Shown: positions 9,820 to 22,786, numbered from the stretch's first letter. The stretch is 64,000 nt of DNA from Minisyncoccota bacterium (GCA_028690055.1 JAQVBZ010000002.1:29978-93977), one strand, 5' to 3'. Numbers and translations: made by a program. The notes: generated by a model from the letters alone, not told the origin.

Positions 9820-10737
9820 CTATAACCACTTCTTGTATTTGAAAAAGAAGAAAGAAAAAAGGCTGACACATACCATCATCAGCAGAATAAGTTCAAAACC
9901 GTGGTCTTGCTGCATAAAAGGCATACCCATGACGGTGTTCATTCCGAAGATGCTGGCGATGAGGGTGAGCGGGAGGACCATAACGGAGAAAGCGGTGAGG
10001 ATTTTCATCGTGTCGTTCAGGCGGTGGGAAAAAATGGATTCATTGGTCTGTTCCAGCGCCTCGATCATTTCTTTGTAATTTTCGAGTGTGTTCCATACCT
10101 TGATGTTGGAGCCGATGACCTCGGTAATCTCACGCCGATAGTCGTTGGGGGAAATCTTGGGCGTGAAATGGGATAAGCTCTCCAATACCGTGCGTTGCGG
10201 TTTCAGGGATTTGCGAAAGCCGATGACGTCATGTTTGACGTAGGCGATTTCTTGTAGGAGCTTTCTTTCATCACCGATAAACATTTTGGCCTCGATCTGG
10301 TCGATATGGTCGTCGATATGGTCGAGCATCGGCATACGGGTGTCTATGAGCTTATCCAATATGAGATAGAGCATACAGACTGCGTCTTTTTGCATATAAT
10401 AGTTTTTCACTTCTATCTCTTTCTCGCATTTATTAAAAACTCTTTTGAGTTCCGGCAGGTAACTGCAGTGGCTGGTAATCAAAGTATTGCGAAAAAGGAT
10501 CAAATCGAGTTCGGTCGAAGTGGTTGCGCGCGCTTCGGGATTAAAGATAGGGAAGTGAATAACAATAAAGAGATATTCACCGTAATCTTCCACTTTGGGG
10601 CGTTTGATACTGGGGATAAAATCCTTGAGGACATTCGGTGCGATATGATAATTCGCTTTCAGAAAATGCACCGAGCTCTTGTTGGGAGCAACGATATTTA
10701 CCCATGTGATATCTCCGTTTTTTATTTCCTTGATCAT
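9820..10737 (-). CDS. corA: CorA-family Mg2+ transporter
   Basis: C-terminal two TM helices with FGMN motif. Confidence 0.93.
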   Translation of the reverse strand: MIKEIKNGDITWVNIVAPNKSSVHFLKANYHIAPNVLKDFIPSIKRPKVEDYGEYLFIVIHFPIFNPEARATTSTELDLILFRNTLITSHCSYLPELKRVFNKCEKEIEVKNYYMQKDAVCMLYLILDKLIDTRMPMLDHIDDHIDQIEAKMFIGDERKLLQEIAYVKHDVIGFRKSLKPQRTVLESLSHFTPKISPNDYRREITEVIGSNIKVWNTLENYKEMIEALEQTNESIFSHRLNDTMKILTAFSVMVLPLTLIASIFGMNTVMGMPFMQQDHGFELILLMMVCVSLFSFFFFKYKKWL

Positions 10738-10917
10738 TTTTGTTTCTATGATATTTATCTCGCATTAACTTGATTAGATTATAACCTTTTTGGATTTGAT
10801 TGACAAATGAAGCTTATATGTAAGCTGTCAATTTAGTCGTAACAAACAGGGACGCTTGCCGACCCATCGCACTCTTAACTTTTTATTCCAGCCAAAAGTT
10901 TCGATATGATGTATTTT

Positions 10918-11121
10918 GATTCCCCCATTGAGAGGGGTGGCGCCAACATAAGAATAGCGTTGTTGTCGCGCGAGGGGGGGCGGTCTGTGACTCATAACTT
11001 CAATATCACATAGCGATTGCGTTTATAGGACGTAAATCGTCAGTAATCAGCCGTTTAAACACATCCCCTCGCAACGTTATGACTAAAGTCATAACGGCTC
11101 TTTCCTCTCGGGAGGGGAATC
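10918..11121. repeat. inverted pair of CCCTCTCCC-like hairpin repeats
   Basis: GATTCCCCCATTGAGAGGGG ... TTCCTCTCGGGAGGGGAATC. Confidence 0.5.
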
Positions 11122-11190
11122 TTTAAATTCGAACTCATTTGGAATTAAATATGTCATAGTAAGCGTAGGTGGGTTGGGTGGCACTTGTTC

Positions 11191-11249
11191 TTGACTTCAT
11201 TTTTAAAACTTATATAATGAGATTAGCACTCTGGTAGGGCAAGTGCTAA
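11191..11249 (+). promoter_or_regulatory. sigma70 promoter plus CIRCE operator (11223-11249)
   Basis: TTGACT-16-TATAAT then TTAGCACTC-N9-AAGTGCTAA, one mismatch to CIRCE consensus, directly upstream of hrcA. Confidence 0.93.
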
Positions 11250-11267
11250 TGAAGATTAAATATTTGT

Positions 11268-12041
11268 ATGACCGATAGGCAGGAAATAATTTTGGGGGCG
11301 ATTGTGCGGGAATATATCGACAGTGCGCTGGCGGTGAGTTCTTCGCTACTGGCTGAAAGATGTGATTTTGGTCTGAGCTCGGCTACGCTGCGCGCGGAGA
11401 TGATGGCACTGGAGGAAGAGGGGCATCTCTATCAACCACACACCTCGGCGGGCAGGATTCCTACCGACCGAGGATTCCGTTATTTCGTGGATAGATTGAT
11501 GGAAGAGAGGCCGCTCGGTCTGCGTGAGCAGAAGGCGCTTCAGGTGGAAGTCCTGAAACTCAAGGCGAAGAACAAGATGTTGGCGCGCCAGACGGCAAAA
11601 TTGCTTTCCACGATGTCGGACAGTTTGGCTTTGAGCGGGCTGATTGATTCCGAAGATTTTTATAAATCGGGTACGCAGAAGTTACTTTCCAAGCCGGAGT
11701 TCAATAATTTGGACAGCGTATGCAAGATGGCGGAAGTGCTTGACTATCTCGATGAGAATGTGGAAGATCTCTGGAAGCGGCTTGAAGGCAGTACTAACTC
11801 GGAGATATTTATCGGCAAAGAAGGTCCGATCGGAGGAGTTGATGAATGCAGCATGGTGGTTTCGCGCTACAATCTGGAAGGCGGGGAGCAGGGCATCTTG
11901 GCAATCATCGGTCCTAAAAGAATGAAATATTCGCGTAACGTTTCCATTATTGAGTATTTCAAAAAGCTCTTGGGCGGAAATCTGTCGGTTGTCGCGGCTA
12001 TTATCGTGGCACAGGATATATTTTATGAAATAAGATACTAA
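11268..12041 (+). CDS. hrcA: heat-inducible transcription repressor HrcA (short form)
   Basis: SSATLRAEM, QPHTSAGRIPTDRGFRYFVD, IIGPKRMKY; CIRCE upstream. Confidence 0.95.
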   Translation: MTDRQEIILGAIVREYIDSALAVSSSLLAERCDFGLSSATLRAEMMALEEEGHLYQPHTSAGRIPTDRGFRYFVDRLMEERPLGLREQKALQVEVLKLKAKNKMLARQTAKLLSTMSDSLALSGLIDSEDFYKSGTQKLLSKPEFNNLDSVCKMAEVLDYLDENVEDLWKRLEGSTNSEIFIGKEGPIGGVDECSMVVSRYNLEGGEQGILAIIGPKRMKYSRNVSIIEYFKKLLGGNLSVVAAIIVAQDIFYEIRY

Positions 12042-12044
12042 TCT

Positions 12045-12572
12045 ATGGAAAATTCTAAAGATGAAATAAACGAGGAAGAGAAAGAGATAATAGAGGAGAT
12101 CGAAGATAAAGAGGTTCCGGAGCTGGGGGTACAGCTACAAGCCGCGGAAAAAATGGCGGAAGAAAACCTGGCGGGCTGGCAGAGGGCAAAAGCGGATTTT
12201 ATGAATTACAAGAGGGATCAGGAGAGGATGTTCGGAGATTTTCGTAAGTATGCCAATGAGGATATGATTATCGCACTCTTGCCGATAGTGGATAGCTTCG
12301 ATTTGGCGACCAAGCATCTTCCGGACGAGCTTAAAGATTCAGATTGGGTGAAGGGCGTTATCTGCATAAAAGGGATGTTCGAAAATTTCCTGAAAGAAGC
12401 GGGAGTGAGTGATATAAAAACGCTGGGAGAAAAATTCGATCCGAATATTTTTGAGGCGGTGGGAGAAGAAGAGACGGAAGCTGAATCGGGAACTGTAATC
12501 GAGGAAATGCAGAAAGGATATAAGATGGGAGAGAAAGTGATACGGGCAGCGAAGGTGAAAGTGGCAAAATAG
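12045..12572 (+). CDS. grpE: nucleotide exchange factor GrpE
   Basis: RAKADFMNYKR, FDPNIFEAV, QKGYKMGEKVIRAAKVKV. Confidence 0.96.
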   Translation: MENSKDEINEEEKEIIEEIEDKEVPELGVQLQAAEKMAEENLAGWQRAKADFMNYKRDQERMFGDFRKYANEDMIIALLPIVDSFDLATKHLPDELKDSDWVKGVICIKGMFENFLKEAGVSDIKTLGEKFDPNIFEAVGEEETEAESGTVIEEMQKGYKMGEKVIRAAKVKVAK

Positions 12573-12698
12573 CGAATAAACGCAATTTATGAAAAAACTA
12601 TTGTCGCAGAGTTTCAATGTGTCGACTGACGAAACAAGGCGATAGATGACAGAATTAATCAGATTATTTATTATAAATAAACAAATTAACATAAAATT

Positions 12699-12890
12699 AT
12701 GTCAAAATTATACAAATGTGCAAAAGGATGTGGAAGCATCGAAGAGACCGATGAGAAGCAGATCCCAGCTTGCTGTGGAGTCGATATGGTGGAAATCTCC
12801 GAAGACGAGGTCTTTGGATGTGGCGGTTGCTGTTCTTGTTGTGGCGGATGTGGAACGGGGGAAGATGAAGATGTTAAAGATAAGAAGTAG
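12699..12890 (+). CDS. small Cys-rich metal-binding protein (desulforedoxin-like motif plus Cys/Gly tail)
   Basis: YKCAKGCG...PACCGVDM...GCGGCCSCCGGCG. Confidence 0.7.
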   Translation: MSKLYKCAKGCGSIEETDEKQIPACCGVDMVEISEDEVFGCGGCCSCCGGCGTGEDEDVKDKK

Positions 12891-13099
12891 CAGGTTGGTT
12901 CATATCATATCATAACAAAGAATGCGAATAGGTTTGACGGGCAATTATTCTCCCTCACACTAGCTCTCTCCCAGTAGGAGGGGAGGGCGAGATAATATTT
13001 GATTGATCATTATCTTTGAATCGGTATCGCATCATAATGGCTGGGCGAATTAAGAAATAATTGCATAACAATAATTAAAAAATAAGAAAGGAGAACTAA

Positions 13100-15022
<1,923 letters not shown>

Positions 15023-15061
15023 TTTTTCTGTGTCGGGTTAAAATATATTGTTTTGTATCCT

Positions 15062-15087
15062 GTAGAGACGCGATTTATCGCGTCTCT
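15062..15087. repeat. GTAGAGACGCG-type REP
   Basis: GTAGAGACGCGATTTATCGCGTCTCT; relatives at 5043-5066 and 26228-26312. Confidence 0.7.
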
Positions 15088-15700
15088 TTTGTAGTCGTCG
15101 ATCATTTTGTCGCATGGAGTAGCGAGCTTTAGCCTACGCGGTCCGACCTCTAAGTCGAATTTGGATTACACTGGAAATGGTACGGATGCCGCGCGGAAAC
15201 GTTCTATAGCGTATCTCGTACCATTTCTGGTGTGATACGAAATGTCGAGAAAAAAGTTCTCTTCCTGTGAATCTTAATAAGCACGAAAAATACCTCCGCC
15301 ATCTTTCTCGGAAAAGTAAAACAGCGAGGGTATTTTTTGTATGTTTTTAGAACACTAAGATAGGATAAAATCGATAGTCGACTCAAACCATCCGTTTTCA
15401 GTGCCAGCGCGTAAAAATCCCAGGATTAGGAGGATTATCAATATATTTATAAAGCGGAGGGCGATTTTTTGTGAATCAGGCCGTCCCTGATACGCTGATT
15501 TTCTTATTCCTGCCATTTTTTCTAATTTATAGTGTATTACTTTACTCTTAATATACCGTAAAAATGCGGTATTGACAAGTTCACGATTTATGATAAAGTA
15601 TGAGTAAAGTTACTCTTCAAAAAAATGGTCTCCTAAATATAGGAAATAGGAGAAAAAACGGGGGAAGGGAAATTTAGAAATAAAAGTGAAGGTGAAGAAT

Positions 15701-16093
15701 ATGGATAAAAAGATTAGAATTGTTCGTACGAAGAAAGAAATCGAGAAAGACGAATTTGCCTCATTGAGATGGAGTCTTCTTTTGCCTAATGTTAGGAAAA
15801 TCGAAGAACAAGAAGCGGTGATTGCAAAATTCTCCCGCCACTCTCTTTCAACAGAGAAGAAACAAGAGCCTCTACCTACTTCGGAGGCTACCAATTTATT
15901 TAAGTGGATTCAATTTTCTAATAATCCTGCGGGGAGCACTGCTCCTACGCTAAAAGAGCTTGAGAGAAAGAAACTGAGTCTTCTTAGAGAGTCGGTGCTT
16001 CTAACTTGCACCGAGGATAGGATAGAAGAGATAGTGGTAGAGGTCGATCATATAGATAAAGTGTTGGGCAACTTTGTCTCTTTGCGTCCATAA
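15701..16093 (+). CDS. hypothetical protein
   Basis: ORF with upstream TTGACA promoter near 15572; no motif recognised. Confidence 0.55.
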   Translation: MDKKIRIVRTKKEIEKDEFASLRWSLLLPNVRKIEEQEAVIAKFSRHSLSTEKKQEPLPTSEATNLFKWIQFSNNPAGSTAPTLKELERKKLSLLRESVLLTCTEDRIEEIVVEVDHIDKVLGNFVSLRP

Positions 16094-16911
16094 TTTTTAT
16101 TGATGTTTAAAAATTTCCAGGAAATAGTTTGTTCAAACGGACAATAACCGTATTGCAAGCTATTTCCTGTGAGCATTTTTTTTGAATTAAGTCGTGTTTT
16201 AGCATAAACGCATTTTGGGGTGTGTTTTTTTGTTTGTTTGGAAGATATTTTGGGGTATTATAAGCTTAGATTTCAAAAACTCTTCCTGGAATCGTTCAGT
16301 CACCGTTTTCTGCCATAAACCCTCATTTTGTTATTTTGTAAGAATCTTCTGATAACTATCCGGTCTTGAAATGCAATTATAGCTGAATATTTTATTGCAG
16401 GGGGTATATGGAAGCTTATTCTCGGTCTGATCGGGGAATGATAGGATACGAACATTTATATGGGAGAGTGGATTTAGAGGGTTGATGAGGCATAGTTTTG
16501 AGATTCACGTATTGTAAATTTTGACAGTTTGACAGTTTTTTGATATGGTTTTAATGACATTGTAAATAAAAAAAGAAGAATTGTTAAGAGGTATTAAATT
16601 GGTAAATGATATAATACCAGTTCTTGAAAGCGGCAGAGTAATCGCATATGAGAATGGAAAAGGGGATATAATCGAAAAAAAAGAAGATATAGAAAAATAC
16701 ATTTTTTTGGGCATAAATATCGATTCTGTTGAGCCTAGGACTGTATTTAACGGTGAAGATGGGGAAGAGTAAAAACAGGCTAAAGATTAAAAAACGGAAA
16801 AAACGTTTTTCTTTTTTTGTCTCCAAAAACCGTTTGACATTCGCTTCATATTTGCTACAATAAATCTGCAATCTTACATTTCCTACATATAGGATTTTAA
16901 TTCAAAAGTTT

Positions 16912-17160
16912 ATGAAAATGGTTAATCTAAATAAATCGTTTTATGGCATGACCACTTTGGGAGAGAAGGGGCAGATAGTGGTGCCGGCGGAGGCGCGCAA
17001 AGCTATGAAATTGGAAAAAGGGGAGAAGCTTCTGGTTTTCAGTATGGACGAAGACATCTTGATTTTGGCTAAGACTACCGGTTTGGAGAAATTTGCTTCT
17101 CATCTTGCGGAAAAGTTGAAGGATGTCAATGAAGTTATAAAAAATAAGAAGATTAAATAA
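16912..17160 (+). CDS. AbrB/MazE/SpoVT-family DNA-binding regulator
   Basis: TTLGEKGQIVVPAEARKAMKL swapped-hairpin signature. Confidence 0.88.
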   Translation: MKMVNLNKSFYGMTTLGEKGQIVVPAEARKAMKLEKGEKLLVFSMDEDILILAKTTGLEKFASHLAEKLKDVNEVIKNKKIK

Positions 17161-17171
17161 ACCATAAAGAT

Positions 17172-19013
17172 ATGAAAAATAGAACTAAACTTATTATCCT
17201 CGTTGTGATTCTGTCAGTGGCGGCATATATCGGATATAACTCTACCAAACAAACGCCGCTTAATTACACCGGCGCCAAGGTGGAACGGGGGGACGTTGTG
17301 CAAACTGTCTCAGCGACAGGTACGGTTGAGGCTGCGAAGAAAATCGATTTGAAGTTTATGAGTTCCGAGAAGATCAAGGAAATCAACGTCAAAGTCGGAG
17401 ATGAAGTAAAGGAAGGCGATATTTTGGCAAAATTGGATACTTCGAAATTGGATTCACAGCTTTTACAGGCGCAAGCATCTCTTGTGGCGGCGCAGGCCAA
17501 TCTGCAGACGGTTCTGAACGGATCGACCGACGAGCAGGTCAAGTCGGCAGTGACAACCGTAGATAATGCGGAGGTGGCCCTTCTGAGCGCCAAGCAGAGT
17601 CTGGAGGATACAAAAGCTTCCGCGCAAGAAGATATTGCCAGTGCGGAATTTTCATTGAAAAGCGCAAAAGTTTCTCTTGCCAGTGCCAATGCAAGTTTGG
17701 CGAACGTAAAAATTTCTAATGATAATAGTTTAAACAATGTCTATGAGGCGGCTTGGGACGGGGTGACTTCGGCTTTGGCGGTTTGTGACGACGCCTTAAA
17801 TACAAACACGACCGTTCTGGAAGATGATGATGCCAGTAATACCCTAGGTGTTTTGAATTCTCAATCTTTGCGTATTGCCGAAATCAGTGAATACGCGGCC
17901 CGAAGTTCTTATGATTCTGCCTTGGATTTTAAGATTGGCAATGCTTCCGGTCGTACGGAGACAACTATCGACGAGGCGATAACCAAGACTCAAGATGCTT
18001 TAGAAAAGACAAGGGTGACCCTTTCTGACACTTATTCGGTTTTGCAAGCGACGATCACTTCCTCGGATTTGACTCAAGCGGAATTGGACGCGCTCAAGGC
18101 GAATATTTCCGGCAGCAGGTCGAGTATTAATACTGCAATTGCCACGTTGACAAACAAAAAACAAGCGATTTCTACTCAGAAGACTGCGAATCAAACCAGT
18201 CTAACAAGTGCGGAGTCGGCCGTAAATTCGGCAAATAGTGCGGTTGCTGTTTCTGAAAGTAGTCTTTCTTCCGTAAAGTCATCGGCAGTTTCTAGAATCA
18301 ACAGTTCTCAAAATGCGGTCTATGCGAGCGAAGGAAGTCTGAGACAGGCGCAGGATAATTTAAATCAGGTGAGTGCTCGACCCGAGTCCTCCAAGATTAC
18401 GGCTTCAAGGGCGCAGGTGAATCAGGCGCGAGCTAGTGTGGATTTAATAAATAATCAGATGAACGATATGATTCTGATCGTTCCGCACGCTGGAATAGTA
18501 ACGGCGGTGAACGGAGAAGTGGGGGAGCTTGTTTCGGCATCTGTGCCTTTCGTGTCAATCATCATTTCCAATGGCTTTGAAATCAAGGCAAACATCTCAG
18601 AAGTGGAGATCTCGAAAATCAAAGTAGGCGATGAAGTGGATATCACTTTCGATGCCTTGGGAATGGATCAGGTGTTTAAAGGCGAAATCAGTGAAATTGA
18701 TCCGGCGGAGACAATTGTCTCGGGTGTTATTTACTATAAAGTCACAACACTGTTTGTGGGTGATGGCGAAATCATCAAGTCAGGCATGACCGCGAATCTG
18801 GATATTATGACAGCGAAGAAAGAAAATGTCTTGAAGATTCCATTCCAGGCACTCAAAGAAAAGGACGGGAATAAATATGTGCAGGTGGTAGTCGATAATA
18901 AAGTACAGGAGATCTCAGTTGAAGTCGGACTAAAAGGCGATTCAGATTATGAGATTATCGGAGGGGTCACAGAAGGACGAGAAGTCGTAACGTTCTTGGA
19001 GGAAACAGAATAA
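17172..19013 (+). CDS. MacA/HlyD-like membrane fusion (adaptor) protein with long coiled-coil
   Basis: N-terminal TM, VKVGDEVKEGDILAKLD lipoyl motif, long Ala/Ser helical region, GMTA C-terminal motif. Confidence 0.9.
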   Translation: MKNRTKLIILVVILSVAAYIGYNSTKQTPLNYTGAKVERGDVVQTVSATGTVEAAKKIDLKFMSSEKIKEINVKVGDEVKEGDILAKLDTSKLDSQLLQAQASLVAAQANLQTVLNGSTDEQVKSAVTTVDNAEVALLSAKQSLEDTKASAQEDIASAEFSLKSAKVSLASANASLANVKISNDNSLNNVYEAAWDGVTSALAVCDDALNTNTTVLEDDDASNTLGVLNSQSLRIAEISEYAARSSYDSALDFKIGNASGRTETTIDEAITKTQDALEKTRVTLSDTYSVLQATITSSDLTQAELDALKANISGSRSSINTAIATLTNKKQAISTQKTANQTSLTSAESAVNSANSAVAVSESSLSSVKSSAVSRINSSQNAVYASEGSLRQAQDNLNQVSARPESSKITASRAQVNQARASVDLINNQMNDMILIVPHAGIVTAVNGEVGELVSASVPFVSIIISNGFEIKANISEVEISKIKVGDEVDITFDALGMDQVFKGEISEIDPAETIVSGVIYYKVTTLFVGDGEIIKSGMTANLDIMTAKKENVLKIPFQALKEKDGNKYVQVVVDNKVQEISVEVGLKGDSDYEIIGGVTEGREVVTFLEETE

Positions 19014-19052
19014 TTAACCCCAAGGACTTCGTTGCTCGCATAAAATATTTTT

Positions 19053-19194
19053 TGTCATCCCGAAAATCGTACTCGGTTGAGGGATCTGGGAAATACAAGA
19101 AGTCTGCAAAAATGTTATCTTACTGACAAAATTTCCTACTCGCATCGTACCCTTCCTAGATTCCTCAATCGCAGTAGCTCATTTCGGAATGACA
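19053..19194. repeat. TGTCAT...ATGACA-family inverted doublet
   Basis: TGTCATCCCGAAAAT...GAGGGATCTGG / CTAGATTCCTCAA...TTTCGGAATGACA. Confidence 0.65.
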
Positions 19195-19240
19195 AAACCG
19201 GAGGGTCTCTGTAGCAATAAGATTTCTAATGAAACAATAT

Positions 19241-19966
19241 ATGTCTATCCTTATAAAAGTTGAAGATGTCAAAAAGACTTTCCAAAGCGGTGAGCTTGAG
19301 ACGCAGATTATCAAAGGAGTGTCTTTTGGAATCGAGGAGGGGGATTTTGTGGCGATTATGGGATCTTCAGGAAGCGGGAAATCGACATTGATGTATATTC
19401 TCGGACTTTTAGATAAGCCTACCTCTGGTAAATATTATTTCGAGGGGTTGGATACGGGTGAGCTGGATGACGATAAATTGGCAGAATTTCGCAGTGAGAA
19501 AATCGGTTTTATATTCCAATCTTATAACCTTTTGGAGCGGACATCAGTGATGGACAACGTTCTTTTGCCGGCGACCTATCTTGATAATGGCGATATAAAC
19601 AAAGCGAAAAAAAAGGCGAAAGAGCTTTTGGAGAGGGTGGGGTTGGGACATCGTCTTGAATACAGCCCGAATAAGCTCTCGGGAGGAGAACAGCAGCGTG
19701 TGGCAATTGTCAGGTCGCTTATCAATAATCCGAAGCTTATTTTGGCGGACGAGCCGACGGGAAATCTGGATAGTAAATCAGGCAGGGAGATTATGGAGAT
19801 TTTGCAGAACTTGAACGATGATGGAGTGACTATTATAATGGTTACCCATGAGCAGCAGACGGCAGAATGTGCGAAAAGGATTCTGACCATAAAAGACGGG
19901 CTTATTTTGGAGGACAAAAGGAACGGACACAAGAGATTGGCATCCGGCGGAGAGTATAATAAATAG
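19241..19966 (+). CDS. ABC transporter ATP-binding protein (MacB/LolD-like)
   Basis: GSSGSGKST, LSGGEQQRV, ILADEPTGNLD. Confidence 0.95.
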   Translation: MSILIKVEDVKKTFQSGELETQIIKGVSFGIEEGDFVAIMGSSGSGKSTLMYILGLLDKPTSGKYYFEGLDTGELDDDKLAEFRSEKIGFIFQSYNLLERTSVMDNVLLPATYLDNGDINKAKKKAKELLERVGLGHRLEYSPNKLSGGEQQRVAIVRSLINNPKLILADEPTGNLDSKSGREIMEILQNLNDDGVTIIMVTHEQQTAECAKRILTIKDGLILEDKRNGHKRLASGGEYNK

Positions 19967-19969
19967 TTT

Positions 19970-21202
19970 ATGAATACGAAATTTACCGTTAAATTTGCTT
20001 GGAAAAATATTATTGCCAACAAAAGGCGATCATTTTTGACAATGCTCGGAATGATTATCGGCGTGGGGTCGGTAATTGCGATTATGGCAATCGGTGCAGG
20101 TGCTGAGAGCTATGTCTTTTCTCAGCTGGAGGTTTTTGGTGGTAATCTGGTGGGCGTGACACCGGGAGCGAGCGAGGAGGATGGTCCGCCGGCTTCGGTT
20201 TTCGGTGTAGTGATTACGACACTTACCTATGAAGATGCAAAAGAAATCGGTAAAATTAATCATATTATGGCGGTGACGCCTTATGCGAATGGTAATACAA
20301 AAGTGAGCTATCGCGATAAGGCAAAAAACGTCGATTTTTCCGGAGTGACCTCGGACTTTTTGGAAGTAGAGAATTCTAAAATCGAGAAGGGGAGATTTAT
20401 CCTGGAGGATGAAAATGACAGCGTGGCAAGGAACGCGGTCTTGGGAAACGGAATTGCCAGAGATTTGTTTGAAGATGAAGACCCTCTGGGCAAGAAGATA
20501 AAGATAGGACAGGAGAGTTTCTCTGTGGTGGGGGTCCTGACCAAGAAGGGCTCATCGCTTCTTTCCAATCAGGATGAACAGATTTATGTTCCAGCCCGTA
20601 CGGCGCAGAAAGTTTTACTCGGGATAAATCATATTTCTATCTTGCGCGCCAAGGTTGATGAGGAGAAAAATATTGCTCCGGTAATCGCAGAGATGCAATC
20701 CATTCTGCGTAATCAACACGGCATTAAAACGGGAATGAACGATGATTTCTCGGTACGAAGTATGAGTCAGGCTTTGGATATCATCGGGACAGTGACGGGT
20801 GCAATCAGTGTTTTCTTGGGTGCGATTGCGGCTATTTCTCTTTTGGTGGGAGGTGTCGGTATTATGAATATCATGTTGGTGGCGGTGACCGAAAGAACTC
20901 GGGAAATCGGGCTTCGAAAGGCGATAGGTGCGAAAAGAAAAGATATAATTATGCAATTTCTGACAGAGGCGGTGATGCTGACTTTCATTGGCGCCGTGAT
21001 AGGGATTATCGGTGGTTCTGTTTTTTCGTATATCGTGGCGACGGTGGTCAGTGCCGTTGGTTATCATTGGGAATTGATTATCACCTTGAACTCGGTATTG
21101 CTTTCCGTTTCGGTTGCGGCGATTATCGGACTTGTATTTGGGATTTATCCCGCATATAAAGCGGCGAAATTAAATGCGATTGAATCGCTGCGGTATGAAT
21201 AG
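19970..21202 (+). CDS. MacB-like ABC permease
   Basis: RSFLTMLGMIIG, GGVGIMNIMLVAVTERTREIGLRKAIGA. Confidence 0.93.
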   Translation: MNTKFTVKFAWKNIIANKRRSFLTMLGMIIGVGSVIAIMAIGAGAESYVFSQLEVFGGNLVGVTPGASEEDGPPASVFGVVITTLTYEDAKEIGKINHIMAVTPYANGNTKVSYRDKAKNVDFSGVTSDFLEVENSKIEKGRFILEDENDSVARNAVLGNGIARDLFEDEDPLGKKIKIGQESFSVVGVLTKKGSSLLSNQDEQIYVPARTAQKVLLGINHISILRAKVDEEKNIAPVIAEMQSILRNQHGIKTGMNDDFSVRSMSQALDIIGTVTGAISVFLGAIAAISLLVGGVGIMNIMLVAVTERTREIGLRKAIGAKRKDIIMQFLTEAVMLTFIGAVIGIIGGSVFSYIVATVVSAVGYHWELIITLNSVLLSVSVAAIIGLVFGIYPAYKAAKLNAIESLRYE

Positions 21203-21228
21203 GGATGATTAATGAGATATAAATAATG

Positions 21229-21315
21229 TGTCATTCTGAACGCAGTGTAACGGAGCGAATAATCCCGTCACTACGTGGGACATGGCGGGATTCTTCGGGG
21301 TACCTCAGAATGACA
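21229..21315. repeat. TGTCAT-family element; inverted copy of 24784-24871
   Basis: Reverse complement aligns end to end with 24784-24871. Confidence 0.8.
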
Positions 21316-21354
21316 GGTAAAATAAAAAAGTAATTGTTAATATTTGAATAGCAT

Positions 21355-22626
21355 ATGTCAATATATTCTCCGAAAATCCTGAAGACTATGAAACTGGCTT
21401 GTGCCGGGCTTACTTCTAATAAGACTCGGACTGGGCTTTCTGTGCTCGGAATTGTAATCGGGGTGGCGGCGGTGATTATAATCGTGTCGATGGGTCAGGG
21501 GCTCAAGTCTCTTATTTTGGGGCAGCTTACCTCTTTCGGTTCGGACGTGATGTCTATAGAGATAAAAATTCCTGGATCTGATCTGGCTAGCAGTTCGCGC
21601 TCAATGGCGCAGGGGGTGGTCATTACCTCTCTTAAATCAGCGGATGCAGAGGCGCTTCGTAATAAGGATAGATTTCCTTATATTGATGTGGTATCAGGGT
21701 ATTCTTCCGGCATGGAGTTGGCGACCTATAAAGAAGAGGAAAAACAGGCTATGATTATTGCTTCCGATGCTTATTATCAGGGAATAGACACTTTGACGGT
21801 GGCGAAAGCGGGGAGATTTTTTACTCAAGCCGAGAATGACAGTGTGGCGCAGGTGGTTCTGATAGGTTCGGATATCGCCAAGAAATTTTTTGGCGAGGAT
21901 GATCCTGTGGGCAAAAATATCAAAATCAAGAACAAGAATTTTCTGGTCATAGGAGTATTGAAGGAAAGAGGCTCGGTAATGACTTTCAATATGGACGAGC
22001 TTCTGATTATCCCGATCAAAACTTCGCAGAAGATATTACAGGGAGTGGACCATATCCAAGAAATCGGAATCAGACTGGAAGATAAAAAATATCTGGCGCA
22101 GGCAAAATATGAAATCGCAGGTCTAATGCGTGAGCAGCATAAGATTGAAGACCCTAAGAATGATGATTTTCAAATCGTTACGATGGATGAGGCTTTGAAA
22201 ACAGTAGATTCTATCACGACCGCCATTTCGATTCTGCTAGGGCTTCTGGCTGCCATTTCGCTTTTTGTGGGTGGTATCGGTATTATGAATATCATGCTGG
22301 TAATAGTAGCGGAGAGAACTAGGGAAATCGGACTGCGCAAAGCGGTAGGCGCGCGCTATCGGGACATTATGAATCAATTCGTGATGGAAGCGATGGCTAT
22401 TTCGCTCATAGGCGGACTGATAGGAATCGTAATCGGGGTGTCTTTTTCTTTCCTAGTGTCGCAAATCATAACGTATTATCTGGGGATGGATTGGCCGTTT
22501 GTAATTTCCTCGGGCGCTATTTTGATATCTTTCGTGGTGGCGGCTGTGTTCGGTATGGTTTTCGGATGGTATCCCGCCAAAGAGGCCGCGCAGTTGAGTC
22601 CGATTGAGGCGCTGAGGAAGAATTAG
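21355..22626 (+). CDS. MacB-like ABC permease (second paralog)
   Basis: GGIGIMNIMLVIVAERTREIGLRKAVGA. Confidence 0.93.
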   Translation: MSIYSPKILKTMKLACAGLTSNKTRTGLSVLGIVIGVAAVIIIVSMGQGLKSLILGQLTSFGSDVMSIEIKIPGSDLASSSRSMAQGVVITSLKSADAEALRNKDRFPYIDVVSGYSSGMELATYKEEEKQAMIIASDAYYQGIDTLTVAKAGRFFTQAENDSVAQVVLIGSDIAKKFFGEDDPVGKNIKIKNKNFLVIGVLKERGSVMTFNMDELLIIPIKTSQKILQGVDHIQEIGIRLEDKKYLAQAKYEIAGLMREQHKIEDPKNDDFQIVTMDEALKTVDSITTAISILLGLLAAISLFVGGIGIMNIMLVIVAERTREIGLRKAVGARYRDIMNQFVMEAMAISLIGGLIGIVIGVSFSFLVSQIITYYLGMDWPFVISSGAILISFVVAAVFGMVFGWYPAKEAAQLSPIEALRKN

Positions 22627-22658
22627 CATAAGTATGGTTGTAAATTTTATAAATATAT

Positions 22659-22786
22659 GGAGTAGCAGGTTTCAACCTGCGCGGTTATCTCAAACCGATG
22701 GATATGTTTTTCTATAGCACGGGGTATTATACCGCTATAGCATTCATTCACATCGGACAGCCGCGCGGGATGAATTCCATTACTCT
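22659..22786. repeat. GTAG-type REP doublet, variants B+A (degenerate)
   Basis: GGAGTAGCAGGTTTCAACCTGCGCGG ... CCGCGCGGGATGAATTCCATTACTCT. Confidence 0.75.

Noticed and set aside
16581-16772. 63-aa TTG-start ORF, and a ~50-codon GTG ORF near 61483
   Set aside because: Short, weak starts and no motif; cannot be supported without homology search
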